From NCBI RefSeq assembly GCF_000315625.1, contig NW_005434563.1:167664-231663 (forward strand): 64,000 nt of DNA, read 5' to 3'. Position 1 is the first letter of the stretch. The number at the start of each line of letters is the position of its first letter. Shown in pieces: positions 1 through 10,997 of the stretch. The DNA is from Guillardia theta CCMP2712 (taxonomy: Eukaryota; Protista; Cryptophyta). Made by a program: the position numbers and the translations under genes. Under the pieces are notes generated by a model that was given only the letters and a program-made list of their open reading frames with translations, ran no database searches and was not told where the DNA came from.

Positions 1-2256
1 TGCTGGTGCTGCTCGGGTACGCGGGGGCGGGCAAGTCGACGCTGGTGAGGAGGTGGGCGATCGAGAAGGGAGAGGCATGGAAGGAGGGGGAGCCGTATCC
101 AGTGTATCTGCATCTGCCGAGGTGCAGGAGCGTGAAAGCGTACATGGAGGAGGCGGCAGGAGTATGTTTCGGAGGCGAGGAGGCATGGCGAGGCTTCATC
201 AGGGCACGATCGTTCTTGGTGGTGCTGGACTCGTACGATGAGATAGGGGAGATGGACAACGTGGTGGCGAAGGTGATGAAGGAGCTCGCGGGCTGCCGGG
301 GAGTGAAGGCAGTCCTCACTTGTCGGAGCGGCTACTTGCAGAAAGAAAACGCGTCTAACCCGCTCCTCTGGCCCCCGGGTACGGGAGGACAAGACGCTGT
401 GCAGGTGGCTTGGGTGTGTCCGTTGAGTCTGAGGGACGAGGGTCGTGTCCGCCGGTACATTGAAGCGCACGCGAGGTCATCGGGCAGGGACTGGAGCAGC
501 GAGAGGTGCAAAGAGGGGATGAGGGCGGTGCAGGAGCTGCGAGATGTAGTGAGCACGCCCTACTCGTTGAAGGTGCTGCTTGTCGCGCTTCCCCGGCTAC
601 AGGAGAAGAAGAGGAGGAGGCCGAGCTGGACCATCTCACGGCACAACATGCACAAGGAGTACGCCAAGGAGTGGTACAGGAGAGAGTGGGAGAAGCTGGC
701 GCAGAGGCAGGAGCTTGCAGAGCAGGCCAAGCAAGCGGGAATGAGAGACGGGAACTACATGGAGTGGTACTCACGCGGGGCCAAGCATGTCTGTCTCTAC
801 ATGCACAGAGAGCAGAGGAAGCATGTCGTTCTCAAGGAAGGCGACGGCTTCTCGTCTGTCGCTCCTTTCAGCTTGCGGATGAGAGGAGGCGACGTGACGC
901 AGCAGCTGGGGTACTGGCTGCTGCGCGGCAGCCTGACTCGCGTGAAGCACAACAAGCGAGAGGGCAGTCTGGAGGTAAGCTTTGTCCACGACCTGTACCG
1001 GAGCTTCTTCCTTGCGGAGGCAACCTTGGAGGAGCTTCGGAAGAAGGAGGACGGGCAGGCGGACGAGGCTGTGCGAGTGCCAGCGAGTCTGTCGGTGCGA
1101 AACCTCCGAGGCGAGGTCGAGACGATCAAGGAGCACGCCATTGTCGTGCAGGGCAAGCGCAAGTACCAGGAGAGGCTGTTTGACGTCATGAGAGCCTCGC
1201 GGGAGGACGGAAGCGAGGAGACGGGGAGGGCGTCAGCGAACGCGGCTACGATCTTGGTGGCAGCGAGCGTGAGCTGGTCGGGTCTAGACCTGTCGGGTGT
1301 GCGAGTGGCAGGGCAATCTTGAGGAACGGCATCTTCCATCGGACGGACTTGAGGTGGGCTGACCTGCGCGGGGTGGACGCGAGCCACGGATACTTTGTGG
1401 AGACGCGGCTGGAGGGAGCGAGACTGGAGGGAGCTGACTTTGGGGAGAGGGCGACAGTGAGGATCGAGTGCAAGGAGGTGAGATGCGGGGCGTTCGAGCC
1501 CGGGGGGATGACTCTAGCAACAGTGTCGGAGGACGGGAAGATAAGGGTGTGGAATGTGGAGACCGGAAGGTGTGTGAGGGAGCTTGGGAGGGGAGGGGAA
1601 GAGATCGATATGATTCGATGGAGGGCTGACGGGAAGAGGCTGGCGTCGGGGTCGAGGAGAGGGAGGATAAGGGTGTGGGACGTGGAGACAGGAGGATGCT
1701 TCCTTGACCTTGAGAGGAAGGAGGAGATAGGGGAGATAGGCTGGGTGGGGGACGAGAGGATCGCTTGGTGGACGCACAGGAGGGAATACTGCATGCAAAC
1801 AATGGACGTGGAGCTGGGAGTGTGCACTCGCGAGCACAAACTTGAAAGGGCTGGGAGACACTCAACACGTTTTGGGCCTGAGGGGCCCGACGGGAGGAGG
1901 CTCGCGGGCGTGTCGGAGTCAGGGGGACGGGTGTGGGTGTGGGATGCAGAGACGGGGAGGGGCGAGGAGCTGCAGGAGGGACCCGAGGGAGGAGTGAGGG
2001 GGGCTGAGCTGGGGGCCGGACGGGCACACTGTTTACGCGGCATATGTCTAATGGGTCGATCAAGACTTGGACATTGAGGGATGAAGGCTTGTTTCTTCTC
2101 ACAGCTGATTTCAATCGAAACGAGAGAGAGCTTGTGTGTCGCTATGCTTCAATCGACCAGTCGCTCTCCAGCCCCGTCAGACGCCTGCTGGAGGAGAGAG
2201 GAGCCGTCGCTCAGGCTAACACACCAACCAGAGGCTCGTGGTGCTGTGTACAGTAG
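1..2256 (+). pseudogene. NACHT NTPase - pentapeptide repeat - WD40 protein (NLR-like), 5'-partial, intronless, frameshifted
   Basis: Walker A GYAGAGKST and Walker B FLVVLDSYDE. Then ANAATILV, pentapeptide repeats (GLDLSGVRV, ADLRG, ARLEGADFGE), WD40 repeats (SEDGKIRVWNV, SRRGRIRVWDV) and a C-terminal LLEERGAV...CCVQ*. The frame breaks at ~1312 and twice at ~2000-2045, so this is either a pseudogene or sequencing error. Confidence 0.8.
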
Positions 2257-2305
2257 AGGTCTTGAGGGAGTGGAGGAGGTTCTGTTCGATTACATGTCAG
2301 GCAGC

Positions 2306-4664
2306 TCAGCGTGTCTCTTCTCTGCCTTCATCTTCCTCTGGCTCCTCGTTTCTGTCGCCTTGTGTGCTCATGTTCTCGAGATCTGGTCCCCCGCTGAGAT
2401 CCATCCAAGACCTCCATGTCCCCTCGCCTCCCACGTCCTGAGCTCCTGCAGTCCTGGTGTCTGCTGCCGCTGACTCTTGCGCATTCCTCCTCCTCCTCCT
2501 CGAGCTCCTGCGCCTCTTGCTGATCCGTGCCTCAAGGCTCGTGTAAGGCAAGCGAGCTCTCGCTGTTATCCTCAGCCCGCTCCCCTATGTCCTGCTTTCC
2601 TTGTCTCCATCCTTCGAGCAGGAGGGGTAGCGCTCGTCCCTCTCTCAGCCACAAGCTCCTGCTCATCCCTCTCCGCGCGGCAACAGACTCCTGCCCCTTC
2701 TCTCCCTCACCATCAGCTTCCTGCCCTTTTCGCGCCTCCCTCACCCATCGCTCCCTCCTTTCCGCCTCCCTCTCGCCGTCTCCTCTCGCAACCAAGCCTT
2801 TCTCGCCCCTCCTCTCCTCACGCCTGTGCCCCTCCGCCTCTCTGCCTCGACATCTGGCTCTGCACAAACACGTTCTTGCTCGACCTCTCGCTCCTCTGCG
2901 ACCTCTGGTTCTCCTCCGCGATCTGAGACCAGTGCATCGACCCGCTGCGAGGAGTGCTGCCCTCCAACCCCTCCGACGGGGCAGCAAGCTGCGGAGCGGG
3001 GCCTCGAGCGGAGCTCTGAGCGCTTCTTGGGGTGAGGACCCTCGACGCCAGCGCAGCGAGCATGTCAGCGCGGGAGAGGGTCTGACTCCTCCTCGAGTCT
3101 GAGTCTGTGAGGGGGGAGGCCTGCCTCGGGGTGACGAGGCGATGAGTGCCTGGCCGAGAGTCGCTCCCTCCGCTCGTCGCCGCCCAGTAGAGTGCGTGCA
3201 GCTGATCGGAGAGCAGGAGAGCTGCTCGGGGACTCGTCGTGCGGTTCCTTCGCACATGGGTCGAGGGCATCTGCGGACGGCAGTCATCTCCTCGCAATTC
3301 ATCGCACAGCAGATACACACGCCCTTGTCCACCTCCTCCTCTCACACCCTTCTCACGTTTGCTCGCAGACGCTCAGCCCGTCCCTTGTCACCCCCTCTCA
3401 CCATGTCCAATGACGGGACGTCGCTCGCCCTGCTGGCCCCTCGCGGTAGAGAGCCTCTGGACTCTACCGTCCTCGGCGAGCTCCTCACTCTATCCGGCGG
3501 GTCAAGGTCCTTCATCTTTGAAAGCTGCGCTCGAATGATTCGCAGGTTCAGCTCGTGCGTCTTGGGGAAGAAGCTGCTCGACCGCAACGTCCCTGCGGCT
3601 GACTCGCTCTTCAAGTCTGCCTGCTCGTCAAACTCCGCATCGCAGTCTGTTTGGACGCTCTCGTTGAGCGTGGATGTCTCTCTGCCACGACTCTGGATCG
3701 TTTGTTGAAGATGTCTGATGGACTCAAGCTCGGACCGCATGCATCTTGGACAGCACGTACACATCCGACTCTGCATCCTCCCCTCCCTCCTCCTCCAGCC
3801 GCTCCAGAACTGCATCCCGCAGCGGATGGTAGTCCCCGGACGCTGTGCTTTCTGTGCGCATCGACTTGTAGTCCGACTCTGCCGTCGGCGAGTAGAGACT
3901 GCCATGGAGGTCGGCGTGGGGCTCCTCTTGGACGAGCCTGGACTGGTCGGGCAGCAGGGACTTCTTCCTGGCTAAGGTCAGAAGGTTGAGCATGTCATCC
4001 TCGGACTCTGCGTCATCGGACCTGTCCAACAACTTGGGTTGGAGCATGTGGGTGAAGCTGCTGTCGGACCCTTGCGACAGGTCGCTCGCCATGGGCTGTC
4101 TGGGAGGTATCTTCGGGAAGATATCCTCCTGCTGAAGCTCGCTCTTCATAGGACGAGAGAAGCTCTCGTTCCTCTCCGACCCTGAATCTGTCTCAAGGAA
4201 GCCTCGCAGACGCTCCTGCCCCTTATCGAGCCCATCCTCCACCCCAAAGTCCTTGAAGCTCTCGAGGTTGTCGGTGTGAGTTGAGTCGTCCGTTGAGTTG
4301 AGGTCACTGCCCGAGGGCTTGGAGGAGGACACATGCTCTCGCGGTCTCCCCAGACATGCTCGGAAGCACAAGACCTTCCTCAGGTCTATCAAGCCGAAGC
4401 ACTGCACCAGGTAGATGATAACTATCATACTCAACAGTACCAACCCTACTTGCACGTACCTTTGCCAGCACATGTAAGGTACCATGGAGAAGAGTCTCTT
4501 ATGCACATTACCATTGCATAGTTGACCTGCTGACAAACTCTTCTCTGTGCTCCTGAAGCGATAATGCAGATTTTCAATGACTTTCAAGTACACAATTTGA
4601 TGCTCTGATCGGAGGTGCTAAGAGAGTCACTGCAGCATGGAGCCTGAGGAATCAGGCAGCTCAT
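2306..4664 (-). CDS. Multi-exon hypothetical protein with one TM helix and a long Ser/Arg-rich disordered tail
   Basis: Consecutive minus-strand open frames (3724-4593, 3342-3905, 2818-3345) with a hydrophobic segment (VGLVLLSMIVIIYLVQCFGLI). No recognisable domain; both ends approximate. Confidence 0.45.
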
Positions 4665-4990
4665 GCGGCTTGTGCGGCGGAGCTTTCGCACCTCAGTGAG
4701 CCCGGTACAAAACCCCACTGAATCCGATCACCATGATGATCATGCTATGCTATCTCCGCCCTCCCCTCCCCACACACACCCCTCTTCGCGCCGCCTTCTC
4801 CTCTTCCTCCTCCCCCTCCCTGCCTCTCAGCTCTCCGTCCTTCACCGCAGAGCCCCCTCCCTCTCGCTCCCTCGGCAAGTCTTATCTTCACACAATGCCA
4901 GGTTTGTATTCAGGTCCTCGGTCTTCTCCACGCTATGTACAAGTTTTAGTAGTCTACAGAGCCTCGGGCGGTCTTGCGTCCTCGTCGCGG

Positions 4991-5378
4991 CTATCTGACG
5001 CCTACCCGAGGCACCTTGAACGTCTGCCCGAAATGAGGCTCCAGCATCTTGAGCTTGTCGAAGCCTCCGACGGATGGTGACGTAGTCGTTGGTGCTGGTG
5101 CTGGCGCTGGTGCTGGCGATGGCGATGTTACGATCATCGTCCTCGTCGTCCAGCAGCAGCTGCCCGACTGTCTCAGCGAGGCGCCTGCAAAAGATGGCGA
5201 CGAGAAGGAGCGTGACGATCAGGAGGTCTCGCCATGACGAGCCGAGGAGGACTTTGAGGGGAGCGAGGTTCAGCTCGGAGTCTGAGAGGAGGGAGGCGAC
5301 GGTGTGCGAGTCGAGGAGGAGGGAGGGGGAGGTATGAACAGGAGGAAAGGGGGAGGAGTTGATGGATGTGTGGAGCAT
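4991..5378 (-). pseudogene. Small TM protein with C-terminal GGFDxxKMLxPxFGQTFK motif; paralog of 37998-38375, frameshifted near 5130
   Basis: TM segment LLIVTLLLVAIF and QLLLDDEDDD are in one frame; SPAPAPAP...GGFDKLKMLEPHFGQTFKVPRVGVR* (motif 4991-5068) is in another. Confidence 0.55.
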
Positions 5379-5535
5379 GGCGGGGGCATACAGCGACAGA
5401 CTCCCTTCCTCGTTTGTAGGGGGAGTATTTTATTTGAAAGGAGCTTATTTCAATGGGACTCGGGAGGAGCAGTGTCAGCAGTCACGGTACCCTCGCACAA
5501 GCGAAGCTCTGACAATCCTGATCAAAGATCATAGT

Positions 5536-6608
5536 ACTGACGGTAGCTGACAGCTGCTAGGAAGCTTTCTGATCCGAAGGCAGAGCATACTCGATAGGCT
5601 TCCCAGGCTTGCTCGTCAAGCACCAGTTGAAAGTCGACAGGTACGCCATGGCGACTATCAGGTCAGCCTGTCGCTCCTCGGTCGACAAGAACTCATTCAA
5701 GTATCGCTCTAGCCGAGACAAGAAGCACTCCGGCCTATTGCTGATCTTCGCCCAGATCTTGTAGGGGCCTCGTTCAATGTCCCCCGGCCCCCACCTCGCG
5801 TTGATCTTCCGCTCGAAGTCCTTCACGTCCGTCGGCCTCTCCACTGAGGTCCCGAGGAGCTTCTCGACTTGCTTGCTCCTCATCAGCGTCTTGAAGTCTC
5901 CGGCTATCAGCTCCGCCTCCTTCATCAAAGCCTTGCCGACCCTCACCACGTCCTCATACTTCACCTTGCCCCTCACGTTCTCCCACGTGTCCCCCGGTGA
6001 GATGTTGTCAAAGGGCTCGAGAGCATCCGACAGCTCCGGCTTGTCGAGGAGTGCGGACAAGATTCGTTGATGTCTCTCTCGAGCAAAAGCCGAAGAGACC
6101 GAGGCAGTAGAGGCTTGCGAAAGAGCTGACTCGCTCCTAGCAACAGACTGAGCGGCATCGCTCCGACTGTCATCAGGGTCTCCAAGGCGATTTCCACCTC
6201 ATGACATTCTGGTGAACTCGGAGGCGGCTGGCGGTCTTGACTGCAGGAGAGAGCAAGTCAGTCAACTTCATCGCCTAGCTGCTTTCAGCTTCACTCGCCT
6301 CCTCGATCACCCTCAGGGGCTGCTTCCCCCATCCCGCCGACCCTCCCGCCATCTGCTGTCCTCGCTTATGTGGGGTTACGTAGTTTGGTGCTGGAGGGGT
6401 TGGCCCCCCGCTCTCCTTCACCTCGAGTCGCAAGTCAGTCAGCTCGCAGCCTCTCGTCCTCTCTCTCTGTCTCTCTCACTCTCCCTCACGGGCACTACCG
6501 AGAGCTTCTTCAGCTCCTCGCCGACTTGAGAGTCGACCTCCTGCTCTCGTCCCCAGACTGTCAGCGCCCCTGCCCCAGCAGCCAACGTTGACGTCAGTCA
6601 TCAGCATC
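5536..6608. repeat. Segmental duplication copy A (3' exons/introns of the caspase-like gene)
   Basis: Direct, partly diverged repeat of 9922-10997. The core ALLDKPELSDALEPFDNISPG...AMAYLSTFNWCLTSK is near-identical in both copies. Confidence 0.9.
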
Positions 6609-8348
6609 CTCCCTCATCAGCATCGGCTCTCACCTCCTCCCTCTAGTTTGCTCATCGCCACAAAACCCTCCTCGTCTCCTCCTACGCCTGCCAGTAGAGC
6701 TCGGAGCTGCTCCGCCTCCTCCTTCTCAAGTCGCTCCTCCAGCTCCCCGTGCTCATGACTGCCAAACACCCACCCACTGCTGCTCACCCACGTTCGAAAC
6801 CTGCCCTCCTCCTCCTCCCCCTCCTCCTGCTCCTCACTATCCTTGTCCAGCCACCCTCACTCTCTTAGCCAGCGCCACGGACAAGCAGGCGCAGCTGAGC
6901 CTCGTCATCTTCAGAAACGTTACGAAGCTGCCGGTCTCGACCACCCGCGACAGCACGTGCACTGCGAGCAGAGGGCTCAGCCTCCCGTCCTGATCTGCCG
7001 TCATCTTGTTCTTGAGGTACCCCTCTGCTTCGTTCAGCGCCGCCTCCTCCGTCATGTCGCCCTCGTAGAAGTCTCGAAGCCGCACGTCCTCCTCCCACAA
7101 GCGAAGCTCTGACCTCGCTTCCTCGGGCATGTGCGAGAGCGACCTCCTGATCTCCTCGCGTACGGCAAAGTCGATCGCTGCTACCGCCGTCTTGCTCCTG
7201 GTCGACGTCCCGTAGGTCTCTTGTACCCACTGCTCTAGCTCCTCCGACCGGATCTCGTTCCTGCTCATATGACCGTTGACAGCCCTGATGAGGTCAGGAC
7301 CAAGCCTCTTCTTCGATCGCGTCTGGTAGTATCTGCGAGTCACTTGAGTCCCGTACCTCGTCCCCTCGTACCTCAGGAACACCAGCACAAACATCGAGCA
7401 CACCCGCCACCGCGGACTCTCTTCTAGCAGGCTGCCAAGACTCTCCTGCAGTAGGCCTAGGATGCTGCTTCGAAACGCGTCTGCTCCTGTCCCAGCTGCT
7501 GCAGGGCTGTATCCAGCTACGACCTCTGCTGCAGGACCCGGGCTTGTCGGCCCTGCTGTTGGATCTTCCAGCCTCCTCGAGCTCTCCGCGACCCTCCTCG
7601 CTCCTTGTTGTATCTGCTGGATGTCTCTTAGGACCGTCGGTTCCGGCCTGATACACAAGTCCTCCGGGATAAGCTCTGTGCAGAACGATACTGCCACCTG
7701 CTCTCTGCGGCGACTTTCAAGCATAGCATGCTGGATGGCCTGCTTTAGCCTCATGTTCCGCGCGAACATCCCATCCTCCTTGTCCAGAAGGTCCCTGAGG
7801 AATGCTGACTCATCATCTGCTCTCTGACCTCTGCTGCATGACAGGAATAACGAAACCTTCATGCTCCTAGTCCTGTTGGTTATCTCTGATTCGATTCTCT
7901 CCCTCCCTTGCACCTCGTCTCTACACGCGTCTATGATGACGATCAGAGGAGGTAGCGCCTCCACGTTCTCTGCCCCCGCAGCCATGGCGCTCAGCACGTC
8001 TCCGACGGTCACCCTGCTCCCTCGTGTCTCCTCTGACACCTCCGGCCTCACGACATCGCATGTCAGCATTGCGATCTCACCCGAGCTCAGCTGTATAGCA
8101 TGCCCGGCATAGAACACTAGCATCAGCTCCGGTCGCTTGGTCTGGCAGTCCATGGCGAGAGAGGAAAGCATGTCTAACATGGACTGTCTCGTCGTCGGGT
8201 TGGCGAGGAAGGAGGAGGAGCAGCCCGAGCTGTCTTCCAGCTCCCTATGCATTCTACGCGCATCTTTCACAGCCTCAACCAATGGCGCGATATGCGTGTA
8301 GGCATCAGCTCCTATGCAGAGAGCCTTGACACGTCCAGTACCTCGCAT
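5557..8348 (-). CDS. Caspase-family (Peptidase C14, paracaspase/orthocaspase-like) protein with long C-terminal extension; probable frameshift at ~6853
   Basis: ALCIGADAY...DARRM, catalytic His in FYAGHA (8100-8102) and catalytic Cys in IIDACRD (DAC at 7923-7931). A shifted frame stays open 6853-6634, then a GT-AG intron leads into the exon GALTVWGREQEVDSQ and further exons ending in ORF 5557-6060. Confidence 0.8.
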
Positions 8349-9878
8349 CTCACTCTGTTGAGCGTACCTGAGAGATTGATTATTGATAGATAGATGGAAC
8401 AAAGTAACATGTGTCTTTCATGGTAGATGGAACATGTCTCTCACAGTCTCTACAAATGAATAGCATGAGCATGAGCATGAGCATGAGCATAAGCTTTGTG
8501 TAAGGCTTATACTTGAGAAGATGCTCTAGTGTGTTCTCTTTGTGAGGACTATCTCAGATCATCTCCTTCATTGCTACCTTGCCTGCTTCTTCTCTCCTCC
8601 CTTCCACCAGCATCAGCCACGTTCCCACAGCCTCCTCTTTGCCTTCCTACGAAGAGCCGGCGACCATTGAGCCCCGCTACCTCATTTCCCAGTAGACCAC
8701 CCTACCCACCATCAATTAGATTCCATCTCTTTTTTACCCCTTCTTTTTAGGTTATTCATACCCCCTCTCCTAGCACCCTTGCAAATCTCCCACCTCTAGC
8801 AGTAGGGGTACCCGAAGCCAAGGCTGATGCGTGTGCCCACTTTAGTTAACCTTGACTAAGGGTCAAAAGATCGGATCGGGCAAACTTTACTCAAAGTTAA
8901 AAGTAGACATGCGCCGCAATGCGGGACAGAATGAAGATCGAATGCGTATGTAAAGGTCATGCTGCACTTGTATGAGGTTCCAGCATCACATATATTGCAT
9001 GATTCTCTCATGTAGTATGCCTGATGCTGTCATGTAGAACATCAACAACATGAAACGGTAAATTATGATGTCTTTTATTGCATGAACTTCGTCACTTCAA
9101 GCGAATGCCCGCGATGTCTGGGTCTTCCATTTAGGATTTGCGGTTCCAATACACGCCTTCCAAAGAGCAATTCACTAGAATCTGCATAGCTTGACAAACT
9201 GATTCTCAGACAGCAGCGACGTTTGCCCGTTCGAATTTCCGCTTTACCTCTGCTTTTTCTTTAACCTATGTATGTTACTGTGAAAACGTGCTGTATGTAA
9301 CCATGTGTTAAGTAAACGATATCATTCGCAAAACTTTAGTACCATTGTCCTCATTGAGCACACCGTAACAGGGAAGCAGTCCTCACTGTTTCAGTGACGT
9401 TCGACGAGCGACTCGAACCGATTATAAAGAGTCGGGGTATGCTCATGCTTGCATACTTGCACGAGTCTAATCTGACAGGATGCGTGTTGACGTCATGTTG
9501 TCAGTCAGATGGGAAGGCCAAGGTACACGACAAGGAGGTCTCAAAGTTAAGTTGCACAAAGTTAAGTTACGAGGCTCAAAGTTAAGTTACAACCAGTGAT
9601 GAGGACAATCATCATAGCCTGAGCCTGGAGTAGACTCTGAGGAGGCTTGACCCGGTCAGTGACACTGCCGCACAGCCCATACATACACGGTCCGATACCC
9701 GGCAAGTCACAGGCTGCCAGAGTAAGGCTAAGTTGACATATACTATGATACACGGTACGGTCCGAGCGGCGGTCGGGCGCGGCCGCCCGGGATCCGGGCT
9801 ACCTTTGGAGCTGGCGGGCAGCCCGCTGACCGTACTAGGCTGTACGCAGTGTAGGCAACTTGCACTGGGCCTATGCCT

Positions 9879-10997
9879 TCATCTGTACGGTGCCTTCAGA
9901 TCTATTTCGGCATCAACGTCACTGACGGTAGCTGACAGCTGCTGGGAAGCTTCAGGCTGATCCGATGGCAGAGCATACCGTTCGAAAGGCTTCCCCCGCT
10001 TGCTCGTCAAGCACCAGTTGAAAGTCGACAGGTACGCCATGGCGACTATCAGGTCAGCCTGTCGCTTCTCGGTCGGTGAGAACTCATTCAAGTATCGCTC
10101 TAGCCGAGACAAGAAGCAGTGCTGCATTTTTTTTACGGTCCCAGTCCAGATCTTGTAGGGCCTTGATGTCTTGTCGTCCGCCCCCCACCTCGCGATGATC
10201 TTCCGCTCGAAGTCCTTCACGTCCGTCGGCCTCTCCACTGAGGTCCCGAGGAGCTTCTCGACTTGCTTGCTCCTCATCAGCGTCTTGAAGTCTCCGGCTA
10301 TCAGCTCCGCCTCCTTCATCAAAGCCTTGCCGACCTTCACCACGTCCTCATACTTCACCTTGCCCCTCACGTTCTCCCACGTGTCCCCCGGTGAGATGTT
10401 GTCAAAGGGCTCGAGAGCATCCGACAGCTCCGGCTTGTCGAGGAGTGCGGACAAGATTCGTTGTTGTCTCTCTTGTTTGTGGTCTCGTTTGGAGCGGGTA
10501 GACGAGGCTGGGATGGTTGGATCCTGCGATGCAGAATCGCTAGTGGACCGAGCGGCATCGCTCCGACTGTCATGCACTGGTCTTCTCCCGGATCTCTTCC
10601 TCCCGGAGGCAGCTGGTAATCCTGCCTGTCAGACAGAGAGAGAGAGCGATTCAGTCGATCGCGCAGCTTCTTTTAGCTTCACTCGCCTCCTCGATCTTCC
10701 TCACCTGCTGTCCTCGCTCATGTGTGGGCACGAGCTTTGCTACTGGAGGGGTTGGCCCCCCTCTCTCCTCCACCTCGAGTCGCAAAGTCAGTCAGCTCGT
10801 AGCCTCTCCTCCCCTCTCTCCCCGCCCCCATCTCCTCTGTCTGTCTGTCTGTCTGTCTGTCTCTTTCTCCCTCTCACGGGCACTACCGAGAGCTTCTTCA
10901 GCTCCTCGCTGACTTGAGAGTCGACCTCCTGCTCTCGTCCCAGGACTGTCAGCGACCCTGCCTCGGCAGCCAACTTTCATGTCAGTCATCAGCATCC
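9879..10997 (-). pseudogene. Segmental duplication copy B: orphan 3' half of the caspase-like gene without the protease exon
   Basis: ORF 9879-10577 and the exon GSLTVLGREQEVDSQVSEELKKLSVVP match copy A. Homology stops inside an intron at ~10997. Confidence 0.7.
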
